DNA of 64,000 bases from Paracoccaceae bacterium (GTDB lineage: Bacteria; Pseudomonadota; Alphaproteobacteria; Rhodobacterales; Rhodobacteraceae). Each line of letters begins with the position of its first letter. Position 1 is the stretch's first letter. Below are positions 54,774 to 64,000 of this stretch, in pieces. The notes below the pieces were generated by a model. It ran no database searches. It saw nothing but the letters and a program-made list of their open reading frames with translations, and was not told the DNA's origin. Both the position numbers and the translations under genes were made by a program. The stretch covers positions 39,106-103,105 of the forward strand of contig JANSYP010000008.1 of NCBI GenBank assembly GCA_024742405.1, read 5' to 3'.

Positions 54774-55282
54774 CAGGCGGGTACGCCCCTGAGCTTCAGC
54801 ACGTCCTTGAAAAGCTCCGAGACCGCCTGAAGCAGCATCAGGAAAATACCGATGCACATCAATGTCTTGATCGGCCACAGGTACGGGCGCCAGGCGGTGG
54901 GGGAACGTTCTCCGCCATACTGGAAGGAGTACATCGTGCTGTCGATCCCGCCCCAGAGCAGCACCACCAGATAGGCGATCAGGAAGAAGACCGTGAAGGC
55001 ATCGGTCCAGGCCTTCCGCCGTTCAGACAGCTCGCCATAGATCAGATCCATCCGCACCGCGGAGCCGAGCTGGATCGAATAGGGCCCGCCCAGGATGTAG
55101 TAGGCGACCATGGTGAACTGCGCCATTTCCAGCGTCCAGAGGGTCGGCAGGAAGAAGGTCTTGGAGATCGAGGACCAGAGCAGAATGCCCATCATCACGA
55201 AGATGAGGTACATCACGACCCGCCCGATCCAGTGGTTCACCGCATCGACCGTGCGGACGTAACGCTGCATGAAACTCATCAT
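54773..55282 (-). CDS. TRAP transporter small permease (DctQ)
   Basis: In-frame ATG at 55282 (MMSFMQRYVRTVD...). Four TM helices, in the usual position upstream of dctM. Confidence 0.85.
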   Translation of the reverse strand: MMSFMQRYVRTVDAVNHWIGRVVMYLIFVMMGILLWSSISKTFFLPTLWTLEMAQFTMVAYYILGGPYSIQLGSAVRMDLIYGELSERRKAWTDAFTVFFLIAYLVVLLWGGIDSTMYSFQYGGERSPTAWRPYLWPIKTLMCIGIFLMLLQAVSELFKDVLKLRGVPA

Positions 55283-55378
55283 CCGGGGGAGTTGGCGCGA
55301 GGTTCCGGCGGCTGTCAATGGGCCCCGCATGGGGGGCGGCGCCGCGCCGCAACGGGGCCCGGAGGCTCTGTCTGTATC

Positions 55379-55408
55379 ACGTCGGTATTACGTCGGTATT
55401 ACGTCGGT
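55379..55408. repeat. Tandem 11-mer ACGTCGGTATT x2.7 in the dctQ/glsB divergent intergenic region
   Basis: Read directly: ACGTCGGTATT ACGTCGGTATT ACGTCGGT. Confidence 0.8.
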
Positions 55409-55487
55409 GGACTGCGCCGACGTGCCTCGGCAGTTGCGTCCGCCGCCGGAGGTGCGATGATGGCCCTGTCAGCGAGAGGAGCGAGAG

Positions 55488-55736
55488 ATGTCTGGACTGT
55501 TGGGAATGATCATCGTCGGCCTGATCGCCGGCTGGCTGGCCGGTGTCATCGTCCGCGGCGGCGGCTTTGGGCTGCTCGGCAACATGGTGCTCGGGGTCGT
55601 CGGCGCCGTGGTCGCGGGGTTCGTCCTGCCCGCCATTGGCGTGAACCTCGGCGAGGGCACGGTGGGTCAGATCCTCTCGGCGATGATCGGCGCCGTGATC
55701 GTGCTGGTGGGGATTAGGTTGGTGAAGAGTGCTTAA
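55488..55736 (+). CDS. GlsB/YeaQ/YmgE-family stress membrane protein
   Basis: ORF track, 82 aa. IIVGLIAGWLAG....GFGLLGNMVLGVVGAVVAGF is the family signature. GAGAGGAG RBS. Confidence 0.85.
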   Translation: MSGLLGMIIVGLIAGWLAGVIVRGGGFGLLGNMVLGVVGAVVAGFVLPAIGVNLGEGTVGQILSAMIGAVIVLVGIRLVKSA

Positions 55737-56013
55737 GACGCAATTGGGTTCCCTAACAACAGCCAATAGCTATGAGCCATAATTACAAGCTCTGTAGCGT
55801 ATTCAAACGTCCGCTATCATTCCAAGATGACTGATGCTGCGTTCTGCACGAAGATCCGCTCTTTCAGGCGCCCAAAGACGTGACAGCATTGAAGGCAGTT
55901 TTGCCATGGTTTTTAGGCTGGATGCTTCAAGCACTTTAATCACGCCGCCTCGCATGCCAAAGCCGGTCGTTTTGGCTCTAGCAACGTGCACTCGCTCTGC
56001 TTCTGGTTACAAC

Positions 56014-56976
56014 TTACAAAGTTGCATCCGGTTCAAGATCCTCAGCGCCAGAGTGCGAAATTGTAGACATAGTGAGGACCCTAATCGCTTCGTTACTAAA
56101 CTCATTTCCAAAAATATCGCCCTTGCTCATCGCAACGACGTCCGCATCTCCGTCTATATTGATTGGGTGGTCTTCGAAAGAAAACGCTGCGGTTCGGCTT
56201 ATTGTGATGCCGCTACCATCGGCCAACTCAAATCTACCAGAGAAAGGCGAGTTCATTATGAAATGTGCATCTGCGATCCTTACGGGCCGGTTGCACGGTG
56301 GCGTCACGGTTCCTGTGACAGTGCAGTGTGTTAGCTTTGCTTCAACATGGATGCCTCTGCTATCACAAAGGGTAACCTGTCCCTCATAAACATAGTCGTT
56401 TCTCACAAAGTCCTGACCAAGGCTCAAGGTCTCTGACGCAGAAACCGAAAAGGGTGACCCAATAGAATCTCTTAAGAACACGAATGTTCGACGGTCTTGA
56501 ACAGAGACTCCGTTATTCACGTAGTTCGAAGAGTAAAACCAGTTACCTGCGACTGGATTTCCGGTGTCCCATTGCGTAGGATTAACAAAGTTTCTTGACC
56601 AACACTCGTACTGTGGTGCTCCCCCGGTATTTACCACATGGAGATGCAGGTGGATTCCCACTGCACCGCAGCCAACATCACCAGTAAGCCCAATCACTGT
56701 GCATGGAGTAACATTTTGGCCGATCGATACATTCCTAGCTGACAGGTGAAGATACTGAACGTAGTATGCCGGTGTATGCATTGGTCGAATTGTTACCGTA
56801 GAACAGCTGCCGCCGAGTGGGCTGATCACTCTTCCCCAAATTCCCGCAAAAATCGGCTTCGGAGTCATTGAGCTACTGAAATCGACTCCTGAATGATAGC
56901 AGTCTACATTAGGGCGATACTTACCAAATTCATCAGTTATTCCGTCCAGTCCAAGTTTTTGGGGCGTAAATGCCAT
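56014..56976 (-). CDS. M23-family metallopeptidase domain (N-terminal) fused to an unknown beta-rich C-terminal domain; no signal peptide
   Basis: ORF track, 320 aa. HSGVDF (HxxxD) and GIHLHLHV (HxH) are M23 zinc motifs. The gene lies in a visibly AT-richer 1.3-kb islet. Confidence 0.75.
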   Translation of the reverse strand: MAFTPQKLGLDGITDEFGKYRPNVDCYHSGVDFSSSMTPKPIFAGIWGRVISPLGGSCSTVTIRPMHTPAYYVQYLHLSARNVSIGQNVTPCTVIGLTGDVGCGAVGIHLHLHVVNTGGAPQYECWSRNFVNPTQWDTGNPVAGNWFYSSNYVNNGVSVQDRRTFVFLRDSIGSPFSVSASETLSLGQDFVRNDYVYEGQVTLCDSRGIHVEAKLTHCTVTGTVTPPCNRPVRIADAHFIMNSPFSGRFELADGSGITISRTAAFSFEDHPINIDGDADVVAMSKGDIFGNEFSNEAIRVLTMSTISHSGAEDLEPDATL

Positions 56977-57073
56977 TTCCCGGATCCTATCTAATCATTG
57001 AGTTCTCATGCTTCTATTAAAGCTTATAAATACCATAAAATGAGCAATCTGGCCACAGCTTGATGTGGGAAGG

Positions 57074-60000
57074 CTAGCCCTGCAACGCCCGCACCGCCAC
57101 GTCACGCTCACCCCTCGCCTTCATCGCCAGCGCGGCGGCGTGGCTCGCCGCCAGCGTCGTGAAATAGGGGATCCGGTCCATCAGGGCGACCGTGCGCATG
57201 GAGCGTGAATCCTCCACCGCCTGGGCGCCCTCTGTTGTGTTCATGACCAGGACGATATGGCCGTTCTTCATCACGTCGACGATATGGGGCTGGCCCTCGT
57301 AGACCTTGTTGACGATGTCCGAGGGCAGCCCGTGGTCGTGGAGGAACTTTGCCGTGCCGCGGGTCGCGATGATGGAAAAGCCGAGCTCCACCAGCGTGCG
57401 GGCGGCCTCCTCCAGCATCGGGGTCTTGTCGGCCTCCTTAATCGACAGGAACACCGTGCCGGAGGTCGGCAGGTCGTTGTTGGCGCCGATCTGGGCCTTG
57501 AGGAACGCCATGTGGAAATCGGCGTCCGCCCCCATGACCTCTCCGGTGGAGCGCATCTCTGGCCCCAGCAGCGTGTCGACGCCGGGGAAGCGGGCGAAGG
57601 GCAGCACGGCCTCTTTCACCGCGAAGCTGTCGATATGCGGGCTGACGAGATCGAAGTTGCCGAGCTTTTCGCCCGCCATGACCCGCGCGGCGATCGACGC
57701 GATGGGGCTGCCCACGGCCTTGGCCACGAAGGGCACGGTGCGGCTGGCGCGGGGGTTGACCTCGATGAGGTAGATATCGCCGTTCTTCACCGCGAACTGG
57801 ACATTCATGAGGCCTACGACGTTCAGCGCGCGGGCGAGGGCGACGGTTTGTGCTTCGAGCGCGGCCACGGTGTCGGCGTCCAGCGAGTAGGGGGGGAGCG
57901 CGCAGGCGCTGTCGCCGGAGTGAACCCCGGCCTCTTCGATATGCTGCATGATGCCAGCGACATGGACAGCCTCGCCGTCGCTCAGCGCGTCGACATCGAC
58001 CTCGATCGCGCCATCGAGATAGCGGTCGAGCAGGACGGGGCTGTCGCCGGAGACCACGACCGCCTGCGCGATGTAGCGCTCCAGATGGGGCATGTCGCGG
58101 ACGATCTCCATCGCGCGGCCGCCCAGCACGTAGGAAGGGCGGATGACGAGTGGGAAGCCGATAGCTGCGGCCGCGGCCACGGCATGGGCATCGGTGCTGG
58201 CGATGGCGTTCTTGGGCTGCTTGAGGCCGAGCTCATTGACGAGGGCCTGGAAGCGCTCGCGGTCTTCGGCGAGGTCGATGGCGTCGGGCGTGGTGCCGAG
58301 GATCGGGATGCCCTCGGCCTCCAGCGCGTTGGCAAGCTTCAGGGGGGTCTGTCCGCCGAACTGGACGATGACGCCGTGGAGCGTGCCGTTCTGCTGCTCG
58401 GTCGACAGGATCTCCATCACATGCTCGAAACTGAGCGGCTCGAAATAGAGCCGGTCTGAGGTGTCGTAATCGGTGCTGACCGTCTCGGGGTTGCAGTTGA
58501 TCATGATCGTCTCGTAGCCGGCCTCGGTCAGCGCGAAGCAGGCGTGGCAGCAGCAATAGTCGAACTCGATCCCCTGGCCGATCCGGTTGGGCCCGCCACC
58601 GAGGATCACCACCTTGCTGCGGTTGGTGGGGCGGGCCTCGCATTCGACCTCGCCCATCACGGGGACCTCGTAGGTCGAGTACATGTAGGGGGTCTGGGCC
58701 TCGAACTCGGCGGCGCAGGTGTCGATGCGCTTGAAGACCGCCGTCACTCCGAGATTCTGGCGGGCGCGGCGGACATTGGCCTCGTCCCGCCCGGTGAGGG
58801 TGGCGAGGCGCGCGTCGGTGAAGCCGAGCATCTTGACCATGCGCAGGCCCTCGGCGTCGAGCGGCAGCCCGTCATGGCGGAGCGCCTCCTCGGCCTCGAT
58901 GATCTCGCGGATGCGGGCGAGGAACCAGGGGTCGAACGCGGTAATGGCGTGGATGTCGTCGTCGGTGAGCCCGTGGCGCATGGCCTGGGCGATCACGCGC
59001 AGCCGGTCGGGGGTCTTGGCGGTGAGCGCGCGGGTGATGGCGGCGGGGTCGGGGGCGCCCTCGATGTCGATCTCGTCGAAGCCGGTGAGGCCGGTCTCCA
59101 TGGAGGCCAGCGCCTTTTGCAGGCTTTCGTGGATCGTGCGGCCGATGGCCATGGCCTCGCCCACGGATTTCATCGCCGTGGTCAGCTCGGGCTTGGCGCC
59201 GGGGAACTTCTCGAAGGCGAAGCGCGGGATCTTGGTGACGACATAGTCGATGGTCGGCTCGAAGCTCGCCGGCGTCACCTTGGTGATGTCGTTGTCAAGC
59301 TCGTCCAGCGTGTAGCCCACGGCGAGCTTCGCGGCGATCTTGGCGATGGGAAAGCCCGTGGCCTTGGAGGCGAGCGCCGAGGAGCGAGAGACCCGCGGGT
59401 TCATCTCGATCACCACCATGCGCCCGTCGTCGGGGTTCACCGCCCATTGGACGTTGGAGCCACCGGTCTCCACCCCGATCTCGCGCAGCACGGCGATCGA
59501 GCCGTTGCGCATGATCTGGTATTCCTTGTCGGTCAGCGTCAACGCGGGCGCGACGGTGATGCTGTCACCGGTATGCACGCCCATGGGATCGACGTTCTCG
59601 ATGGCGCAGACGATGATCGCGTTGTCCGCGACATCGCGGACGACCTCCATCTCGAACTCTTTCCAGCCGAGCAGGCTTTCGTCGATCAGAATCTGGGTGA
59701 CCGGGGAGGCGTCGAGGCCGGTACGGCAGAGATGGTCGAATTCCTCGCGGTTGTAGGCCACGCCGCCGCCGGTACCGCCGAGAGTAAAGGCCGGCCGGAT
59801 GATCGCGGGCAGGCCGATATCCTCGAGCGCCGCGCGGCATTCGTCGAGGCTGGTGGCGATTGTGGCGCGGGGATTTTCCAGCCCGATCCGGTCCATCGCC
59901 TCGCGAAAAAGCTTGCGGTCCTCGGCCATCTCGATGGCGCCGCGCTTGGCGCCGATCATCTCCACGCCGAATTTCTCCAACACGCCCATTTCCTCAAGCG

Positions 60001-60301
60001 CGAGCGAGGTGTTGAGCCCGGTCTGCCCGCCCATGGTCGGCAGCAGCGCGTCGGGGCGTTCGGCTTCGATGATCTTGGCGACGATCTCGGGCGTGATCGG
60101 TTCGATGTAGGTGGCGTCGGCCATGTCCGGGTCGGTCATGATCGTGGCGGGATTGGAATTGACCAGGATCACCCGGTAGCCTTCCTCCCTCAGCGCCTTG
60201 CAGGCCTGGGCCCCGGAATAGTCGAACTCGCAGGCCTGCCCGATGACGATGGGCCCCGCGCCGATGATCATGATCGAAGAGATATCGGTGCGTTTGGGCA
60301 T
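57074..60301 (-). CDS. carB: Carbamoyl-phosphate synthase large subunit
   Basis: In-frame ATG at 60301 ([30 protein letters not shown]) within track ORF 57074..60427. Canonical CarB throughout. Confidence 0.98.
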   Translation of the reverse strand: MPKRTDISSIMIIGAGPIVIGQACEFDYSGAQACKALREEGYRVILVNSNPATIMTDPDMADATYIEPITPEIVAKIIEAERPDALLPTMGGQTGLNTSLALEEMGVLEKFGVEMIGAKRGAIEMAEDRKLFREAMDRIGLENPRATIATSLDECRAALEDIGLPAIIRPAFTLGGTGGGVAYNREEFDHLCRTGLDASPVTQILIDESLLGWKEFEMEVVRDVADNAIIVCAIENVDPMGVHTGDSITVAPALTLTDKEYQIMRNGSIAVLREIGVETGGSNVQWAVNPDDGRMVVIEMNPRVSRSSALASKATGFPIAKIAAKLAVGYTLDELDNDITKVTPASFEPTIDYVVTKIPRFAFEKFPGAKPELTTAMKSVGEAMAIGRTIHESLQKALASMETGLTGFDEIDIEGAPDPAAITRALTAKTPDRLRVIAQAMRHGLTDDDIHAITAFDPWFLARIREIIEAEEALRHDGLPLDAEGLRMVKMLGFTDARLATLTGRDEANVRRARQNLGVTAVFKRIDTCAAEFEAQTPYMYSTYEVPVMGEVECEARPTNRSKVVILGGGPNRIGQGIEFDYCCCHACFALTEAGYETIMINCNPETVSTDYDTSDRLYFEPLSFEHVMEILSTEQQNGTLHGVIVQFGGQTPLKLANALEAEGIPILGTTPDAIDLAEDRERFQALVNELGLKQPKNAIASTDAHAVAAAAAIGFPLVIRPSYVLGGRAMEIVRDMPHLERYIAQAVVVSGDSPVLLDRYLDGAIEVDVDALSDGEAVHVAGIMQHIEEAGVHSGDSACALPPYSLDADTVAALEAQTVALARALNVVGLMNVQFAVKNGDIYLIEVNPRASRTVPFVAKAVGSPIASIAARVMAGEKLGNFDLVSPHIDSFAVKEAVLPFARFPGVDTLLGPEMRSTGEVMGADADFHMAFLKAQIGANNDLPTSGTVFLSIKEADKTPMLEEAARTLVELGFSIIATRGTAKFLHDHGLPSDIVNKVYEGQPHIVDVMKNGHIVLVMNTTEGAQAVEDSRSMRTVALMDRIPYFTTLAASHAAALAMKARGERDVAVRALQG

Positions 60302-60466
60302 GGGACGGTCCTTCGGGTTCAGGCGGCAAATCGCTCGCGTTATAGGGATGGGACCGCGCAGGGCAAGGGGAAGGCGACGGCGGGAAACTCCTTCGCCTCT
60401 TCGGCCCTGTGTGCTTGTGTGATGCAAGGCTCGTCAAAGGGTCATGCAGAGGGAGGGGACGGGAAC

Positions 60467-61102
60467 ATGTCGCTTGAGATCATTGGGTCGGGATTTGGCC
60501 GTACCGGGACCAGATCGCTCAAGGAAGCGCTCGAAATGCTGGGCTTCGGGCCCTGCCACCACATGACGGAGGTTTTTCAGAACCCCGCGCAGGTCGATCA
60601 CTGGACCGCCCTCGCCGAGGGGCGGGAGGTCGACTGGGAGAGTGTCTTTGCGGGCTATGTTGCCCAGGTCGACTGGCCCGGCGCCCATGTCTGGCGTGAG
60701 CTGACGGTGGCCTTTCCCGATGCCAAGGTGTTGCACAGTCACCGGCCGCCGGAGATCTGGTGGGGCAGCTTTTCGAAGACCATCGGTAGGTTGATGCAGG
60801 ACCGAGAAGGGTTGGAGATTTCGCCCCACGGTGCCGAGATGCTGCGCGCCTTCGGCGAACTGATCATGGCGGAGACCTTCGACACGAACACGCCTGATGA
60901 GGCGGCGGCCACGGCCGCCTATGAGCAGCGCCTTGCCGATGTACGGGCCGCGGTCCCGGCCGACCGGCTGTTGGTCTATGACGTGTCGGAAGGCTGGCGG
61001 CCGCTCTGCAGTTTTCTGGGCGTTCCGGTCCCGGCGGAGCCGTTCCCGTTCCTCAACCGGCGCAGCGAGTTCTGGCAGGGGTTCGGCGGCGAGCCGGCCT
61101 GA
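60467..61102 (+). CDS. Sulfotransferase family protein (Sulfotransfer_4-like)
   Basis: Only the last 211 codons of track ORF 58544..61102 are used (ATG at 60467). GFGRTGTRSLKEALEMLGFGPCHHM is the family N-terminal motif. Confidence 0.7.
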   Translation: MSLEIIGSGFGRTGTRSLKEALEMLGFGPCHHMTEVFQNPAQVDHWTALAEGREVDWESVFAGYVAQVDWPGAHVWRELTVAFPDAKVLHSHRPPEIWWGSFSKTIGRLMQDREGLEISPHGAEMLRAFGELIMAETFDTNTPDEAAATAAYEQRLADVRAAVPADRLLVYDVSEGWRPLCSFLGVPVPAEPFPFLNRRSEFWQGFGGEPA

Positions 61103-61111
61103 GGACTGCGT

Positions 61112-62032
61112 TCAGATCGCGCGTCTGGTGATCCGCTCCATCAGGCGCCGGACCCTGCCAAAGCGGGGTTCGGCATAGCGGGCGGCGTCGAAGGCCCCCG
61201 GCGCAAGCTCGGACCGGGCCAGTTTGCGATATTGGGAGTAGCGCCTGCGCTGTCCGCCGGAGCGTCGCGTGGTCCCGAGGAAGGCCGCAAGGCTGGCCCC
61301 GTGCACCTGAACGTCGATCATGCGGGCGATGCGGTGCACCGCGCCCGCCAGATCCTGTGTGACCTCGGCATAGGACATGACGGTCGGCCGCAGCCCCGAC
61401 AGCGCGAAGAAGCGTTGAAAATTGGCATCCTCACGCAGAACCCGCGCCACAGCCCGGCGCAATTGGCGCGTGCTGGGGGCGGGCAGCGCACGCTCCACGA
61501 CGGTGTTGCCTAAGTTCTGGGCGTCCTGGGCGACGGCCAGCAGAACCGCCTGCCCCTGAGCATCGCCCCGGGTCATATAGACCAGATGAGCGCCCTCGAA
61601 GAACGCCCGCCCGGCGGGATTGCATAGCGCCCGCTGGAGCTGCCAGAACTGGACCTTGGTCGCGAAGACGCCGTTGATACTTCGTTTCTCGATGAGAGTA
61701 CTGACATATTGCGCCGTGGCGGCCGGACGTCCGGCAGGGATCGGGACGCCCCAGCGTTCGGCCAGCCGGCGTTCGTAGGCGGGCAGGAAATACTCGGTCG
61801 GGATGCCGAGCCCAGCCGCCAGCATGGCCCGTGCCAGCGCGTTGGCGCCGGTGCGCGGGCCGGCACAGAGGATCACCCGCGCAGGCGGGGCAGATGGCGG
61901 CGGCTGGTCGAGCCCCGCGTCATAGGGCTTGGGCCGGTTCGGCGCGATCGCGGCATTCCACGCGGTTGCCGGAGCGGCTGTGAATGGCGAGCACGGCGCA
62001 GGAGTCGGTCTGACAGCCATGGTCCTCCGCAC
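61112..62032 (-). CDS. Stf0-like sulfotransferase family protein (start uncertain)
   Basis: ORF track, 306 aa. VILCAGPRTGANALARAML..GIPTEYF, GVFATKVQFWQL and VYMTRGDAQGQAV resemble Stf0-family motifs. Confidence 0.55.
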   Translation of the reverse strand: MRRTMAVRPTPAPCSPFTAAPATAWNAAIAPNRPKPYDAGLDQPPPSAPPARVILCAGPRTGANALARAMLAAGLGIPTEYFLPAYERRLAERWGVPIPAGRPAATAQYVSTLIEKRSINGVFATKVQFWQLQRALCNPAGRAFFEGAHLVYMTRGDAQGQAVLLAVAQDAQNLGNTVVERALPAPSTRQLRRAVARVLREDANFQRFFALSGLRPTVMSYAEVTQDLAGAVHRIARMIDVQVHGASLAAFLGTTRRSGGQRRRYSQYRKLARSELAPGAFDAARYAEPRFGRVRRLMERITRRAI

Positions 62033-62120
62033 GCTCCCAAAGGATGTAACCTGCTGTCGAGCCTAGCCGAGCGGGCCCGGGCTGCATAGCGGCGGCCCGC
62101 GCATGGGCTGAAAACCGCGG

Positions 62121-62966
62121 TCAGGGAAAGGGCGAGTCGTCGCCGCGGAAGCGGATGCCGTCCTGGCGCACCGCCTTGAGCTGGTGCTGCGTCTTGGCAT
62201 TGAGGTTGATGAAACGGTAGAGCCGGTTGGATTCCCAATTCAGCGCCCGATCCAGAACCAATTCGATGCCTTCGCCGAAATCGCCGCGATTGATCTCGTG
62301 CACGGCGCGCATTTCTCCGGTAAAACGCGAGCTGAAATTGTAGTAGATATCGTCGAAATAGATCACGCAGCCCGACGGGATATAGGGGATCAGTCGGTCA
62401 AACACTGCTTTGGTGCTGGAATAGAGATCGCAATCGATCCAGATCAGAATGGGTTTGTATTCCAGCAGCGTTTCGAGAAACTCATCGGTGAGTGTTTCGT
62501 CGAACAATCCGCGATGCAATTCGAAATTGTCGTACTTTGCGCCGCAATACTTCTGAAGCTCCTCGTACCTTCCGTGATAGGTGCCTTCTTCCCAGTCGTC
62601 CCCGCCGACCAGCGATGCGTCTGACGCCTCATCGACGTCCGGAAGGCCCGAAAACGTATCGAATCCGTGGACTTTCACCCGGTCGTCCATCTTCAGGTAT
62701 TTCGCGGCATGGAGTTTCTTGGTGAAGGCATAGCCGTCGGCAACCCCGAATTCGAGTACGGAGTATTTGCCTTCATAGGTGTCGCGGAATTCGCCCAGTA
62801 CCTCGTAGATATGGTCGATGCGATAAAAGGCACCGCTCGCGTTTCGCAGGGCCCGGCGCGGCGCGCGTATCAGATTGAGATATGTCCAGGTTTTAAATCC
62901 GGTTCCGGGAATACACTTTCCGAACCAGTACAGGGCTTTCTGAAAGCCCCCGCCTCTCTCTGCCAT
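62121..62966 (-). CDS. TylF/MycF-like class I SAM-dependent methyltransferase
   Basis: ORF track, 281 aa. LEFGVADGYAF, VHGFDTFSGLP and IWIDCDLYSSTKAVFD are TylF-family motifs. Confidence 0.7.
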   Translation of the reverse strand: MAERGGGFQKALYWFGKCIPGTGFKTWTYLNLIRAPRRALRNASGAFYRIDHIYEVLGEFRDTYEGKYSVLEFGVADGYAFTKKLHAAKYLKMDDRVKVHGFDTFSGLPDVDEASDASLVGGDDWEEGTYHGRYEELQKYCGAKYDNFELHRGLFDETLTDEFLETLLEYKPILIWIDCDLYSSTKAVFDRLIPYIPSGCVIYFDDIYYNFSSRFTGEMRAVHEINRGDFGEGIELVLDRALNWESNRLYRFINLNAKTQHQLKAVRQDGIRFRGDDSPFP

Positions 62967-63102
62967 TAGGCTTTACTCAAACTCTATAATTGTGACCGAA
63001 TTTCCGACGATAGATGGCCACTGAACTAGCATGGCATCGCTGCGTGGCACAACGGTTTTGTCGGGGCGGGTTTAATGCAGGCCGTGTCGTGCGGCCGCCG
63101 GG

Positions 63103-63885
63103 TTGTCGCGCGGTAAGACGCGGGTCTGCCGGAATCGGCGCAGCGCGGTGGCAAAATCGCTGCGCGCGCTTAGTCTTTGGCACGGGCAGTGGGCTCCGTT
63201 GCGGGGTAAGGGCGTCGTGGTCATCGGAATTGGCAAACAGGAGGCGCCCCGGGCGTTGGGGCGATGGACCGAGGTCGCGCTGTTCTTCCTGGCGGCGCCC
63301 GTCGCGGGTGCGGTGTTCCTGCCGCCCAACCAGATGTTCGGGATGCTGTTTGCGCTCACGCTGGTCGGGCTGGGGCTGTTGGCGATCACGCCGGGCTTTC
63401 GCTGGGGGGATCTGGTTCAGGGCTGGGCCGCGCTCCGGCCGCTTCCCATACTTGTCTTCTGCGCCATTGTTCTGGCCGTTTGTGTGCTCACGATCCGCGC
63501 GACCCGGCCCGACGCCGAGTTCTTCCTGATCCGCCAGAACCCCGGGCTGATGCTGATGATCGCGCTGCTCTACCCGGTGCTTTCGGCACTTCCGCAGGAG
63601 ATCGTCTATCGCGCGCTTTATTTCCGGCGCTATGGCGCGATCCTGCCCGGGGGGATGCTGGGTCTCGTGCTCAATGCTGCGCTCTTCAGCCTCGCACACC
63701 TGATGTATTGGAGCTGGCTGGTGCTGGCGATGACCTTTGCCGGCGGGCTGGTCTTCGCCTGGGCCTACGCGGTGCGCCGCAGCTTTCCGCTCGCCGTTGT
63801 GCTGCACGCTCTGGCCGGGGTCATCCTCTTTGCCGTAGGGCTGGGGGTGTTCTTTTATTCCGGCGCCGTGACGCGGCCGTTCTGA
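63103..63885 (+). CDS. CPBP-family intramembrane glutamic endopeptidase (start uncertain)
   Basis: ORF track, 260 aa. Motifs PQEIVYRALYFRRYG, NAALFSLAHL, VLHALAGV. Polytopic. Confidence 0.75.
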   Translation: MSRGKTRVCRNRRSAVAKSLRALSLWHGQWAPLRGKGVVVIGIGKQEAPRALGRWTEVALFFLAAPVAGAVFLPPNQMFGMLFALTLVGLGLLAITPGFRWGDLVQGWAALRPLPILVFCAIVLAVCVLTIRATRPDAEFFLIRQNPGLMLMIALLYPVLSALPQEIVYRALYFRRYGAILPGGMLGLVLNAALFSLAHLMYWSWLVLAMTFAGGLVFAWAYAVRRSFPLAVVLHALAGVILFAVGLGVFFYSGAVTRPF

Positions 63886-63922
63886 GCCGGTGCGTCCCGA
63901 ATGGCCCAAAAGGAGTCTGCCC

Positions 63923-64000
63923 ATGCCCTGGATCTATCTCGGCCTCGCCATTCTGGGCGAAATCATCGGGACCACGGCGCTCAAGGCGTCCGACGGGTTC
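63923..64000 (+). CDS. SMR-family small multidrug efflux protein, first 26 codons (runs off window)
   Basis: AAGGAG RBS, then MPWIYLGLAILGEIIGTTALKASDGF, the typical EmrE/QacE N-terminus including the conserved Glu. Confidence 0.7.
   Translation, partial: MPWIYLGLAILGEIIGTTALKASDGF

Noticed and set aside
55803-55991. 62-codon minus-strand ORF downstream of the M23 peptidase gene
   Set aside because: It is a possible immunity gene by position only, with no TM or lipoprotein signal seen. It is mentioned in a finding but not called as a feature.
57257-58459. 400-aa plus-strand ORF
   Set aside because: It is antisense to carB.
58544-60466. First ~640 codons of the 852-aa plus-strand ORF 58544..61102
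   Set aside because: It is antisense to carB. Only the last 211 codons (from the ATG at 60467) match a sulfotransferase. The rest is shadow sequence.
62977-63924. 315-aa minus-strand ORF
   Set aside because: It is antisense to the CPBP protease gene. The translation is Arg/Pro/Gln-rich with no hydrophobic core.
1-64000. Search for tRNA, rRNA, CRISPR arrays and riboswitch-like leaders
   Set aside because: Reading by eye, I saw no cloverleaf-like conserved boxes, no rRNA-like stretches and no regularly spaced direct repeats. Computational scans (tRNAscan, Infernal, a CRISPR finder) would be needed to be sure.

Overview
High-GC alphaproteobacterial DNA, judged from the PhyR-NepR-EcfG locus, many TRAP/ABC transporters and Rhodobacterales-like codon usage. 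I found no rRNA, tRNA or CRISPR array.

Left to right the window contains:
- the edge of a TRAP binding-protein gene;
- a 1702-aa giant protein (Ca-loop propeller, RCC1 propeller, Ig-like segment, 24 RTX nonapeptides, FG-GAP propeller);
- decayed cydD and cydC;
- intact cydA-cydB-cydX running straight into a sulfide-oxidation set: Tat-signal SQR, small membrane protein, TehA-like channel, signal-peptide DsrE-like protein, signal-peptide rhodanese;
- an OxyR-like LysR regulator divergent from a 1-Cys peroxiredoxin;
- a Crp/Fnr-family regulator;
- a persulfide-dioxygenase-like MBL protein, a DUF442-SQR fusion and a SulP permease;
- a lower-GC accessory stretch with gene remnants, ParB-like, ArsC-family and BLUF proteins, IS and integrase fragments, and ccdAB;
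- a sugar/polyol ABC transporter, an SDR and two DhaK/DhaL pairs, one DhaK fused to a SorC regulator;
- an IS5 pseudogene;
- the general stress response locus (HWE kinase, ecfG, nepR, phyR) with a neighbouring EcfG-promoter gene pair;
- IS21/IS3/IS5 debris;
- a TRAP, glutamine-synthetase-like, ALDH and Fe-ADH operon;
- a low-GC islet with a leaderless M23 peptidase;
- carB, sulfotransferase and methyltransferase genes, a CPBP protease and the start of an SMR pump.

The two most interesting signals:
- A palindrome (TTTGGTGAY-N3-GTCACC) occurs three times: before the cydDC remnant, before cydABX-sqr and before pdo-sqr-sulP. This suggests one regulon coupling the sulfide-insensitive bd oxidase to a periplasmic and a cytoplasmic sulfide-oxidation arm.
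- A SorC-DhaK fusion sits next to a spare DhaL.

Many long ORFs in the track are antisense shadows and were rejected.
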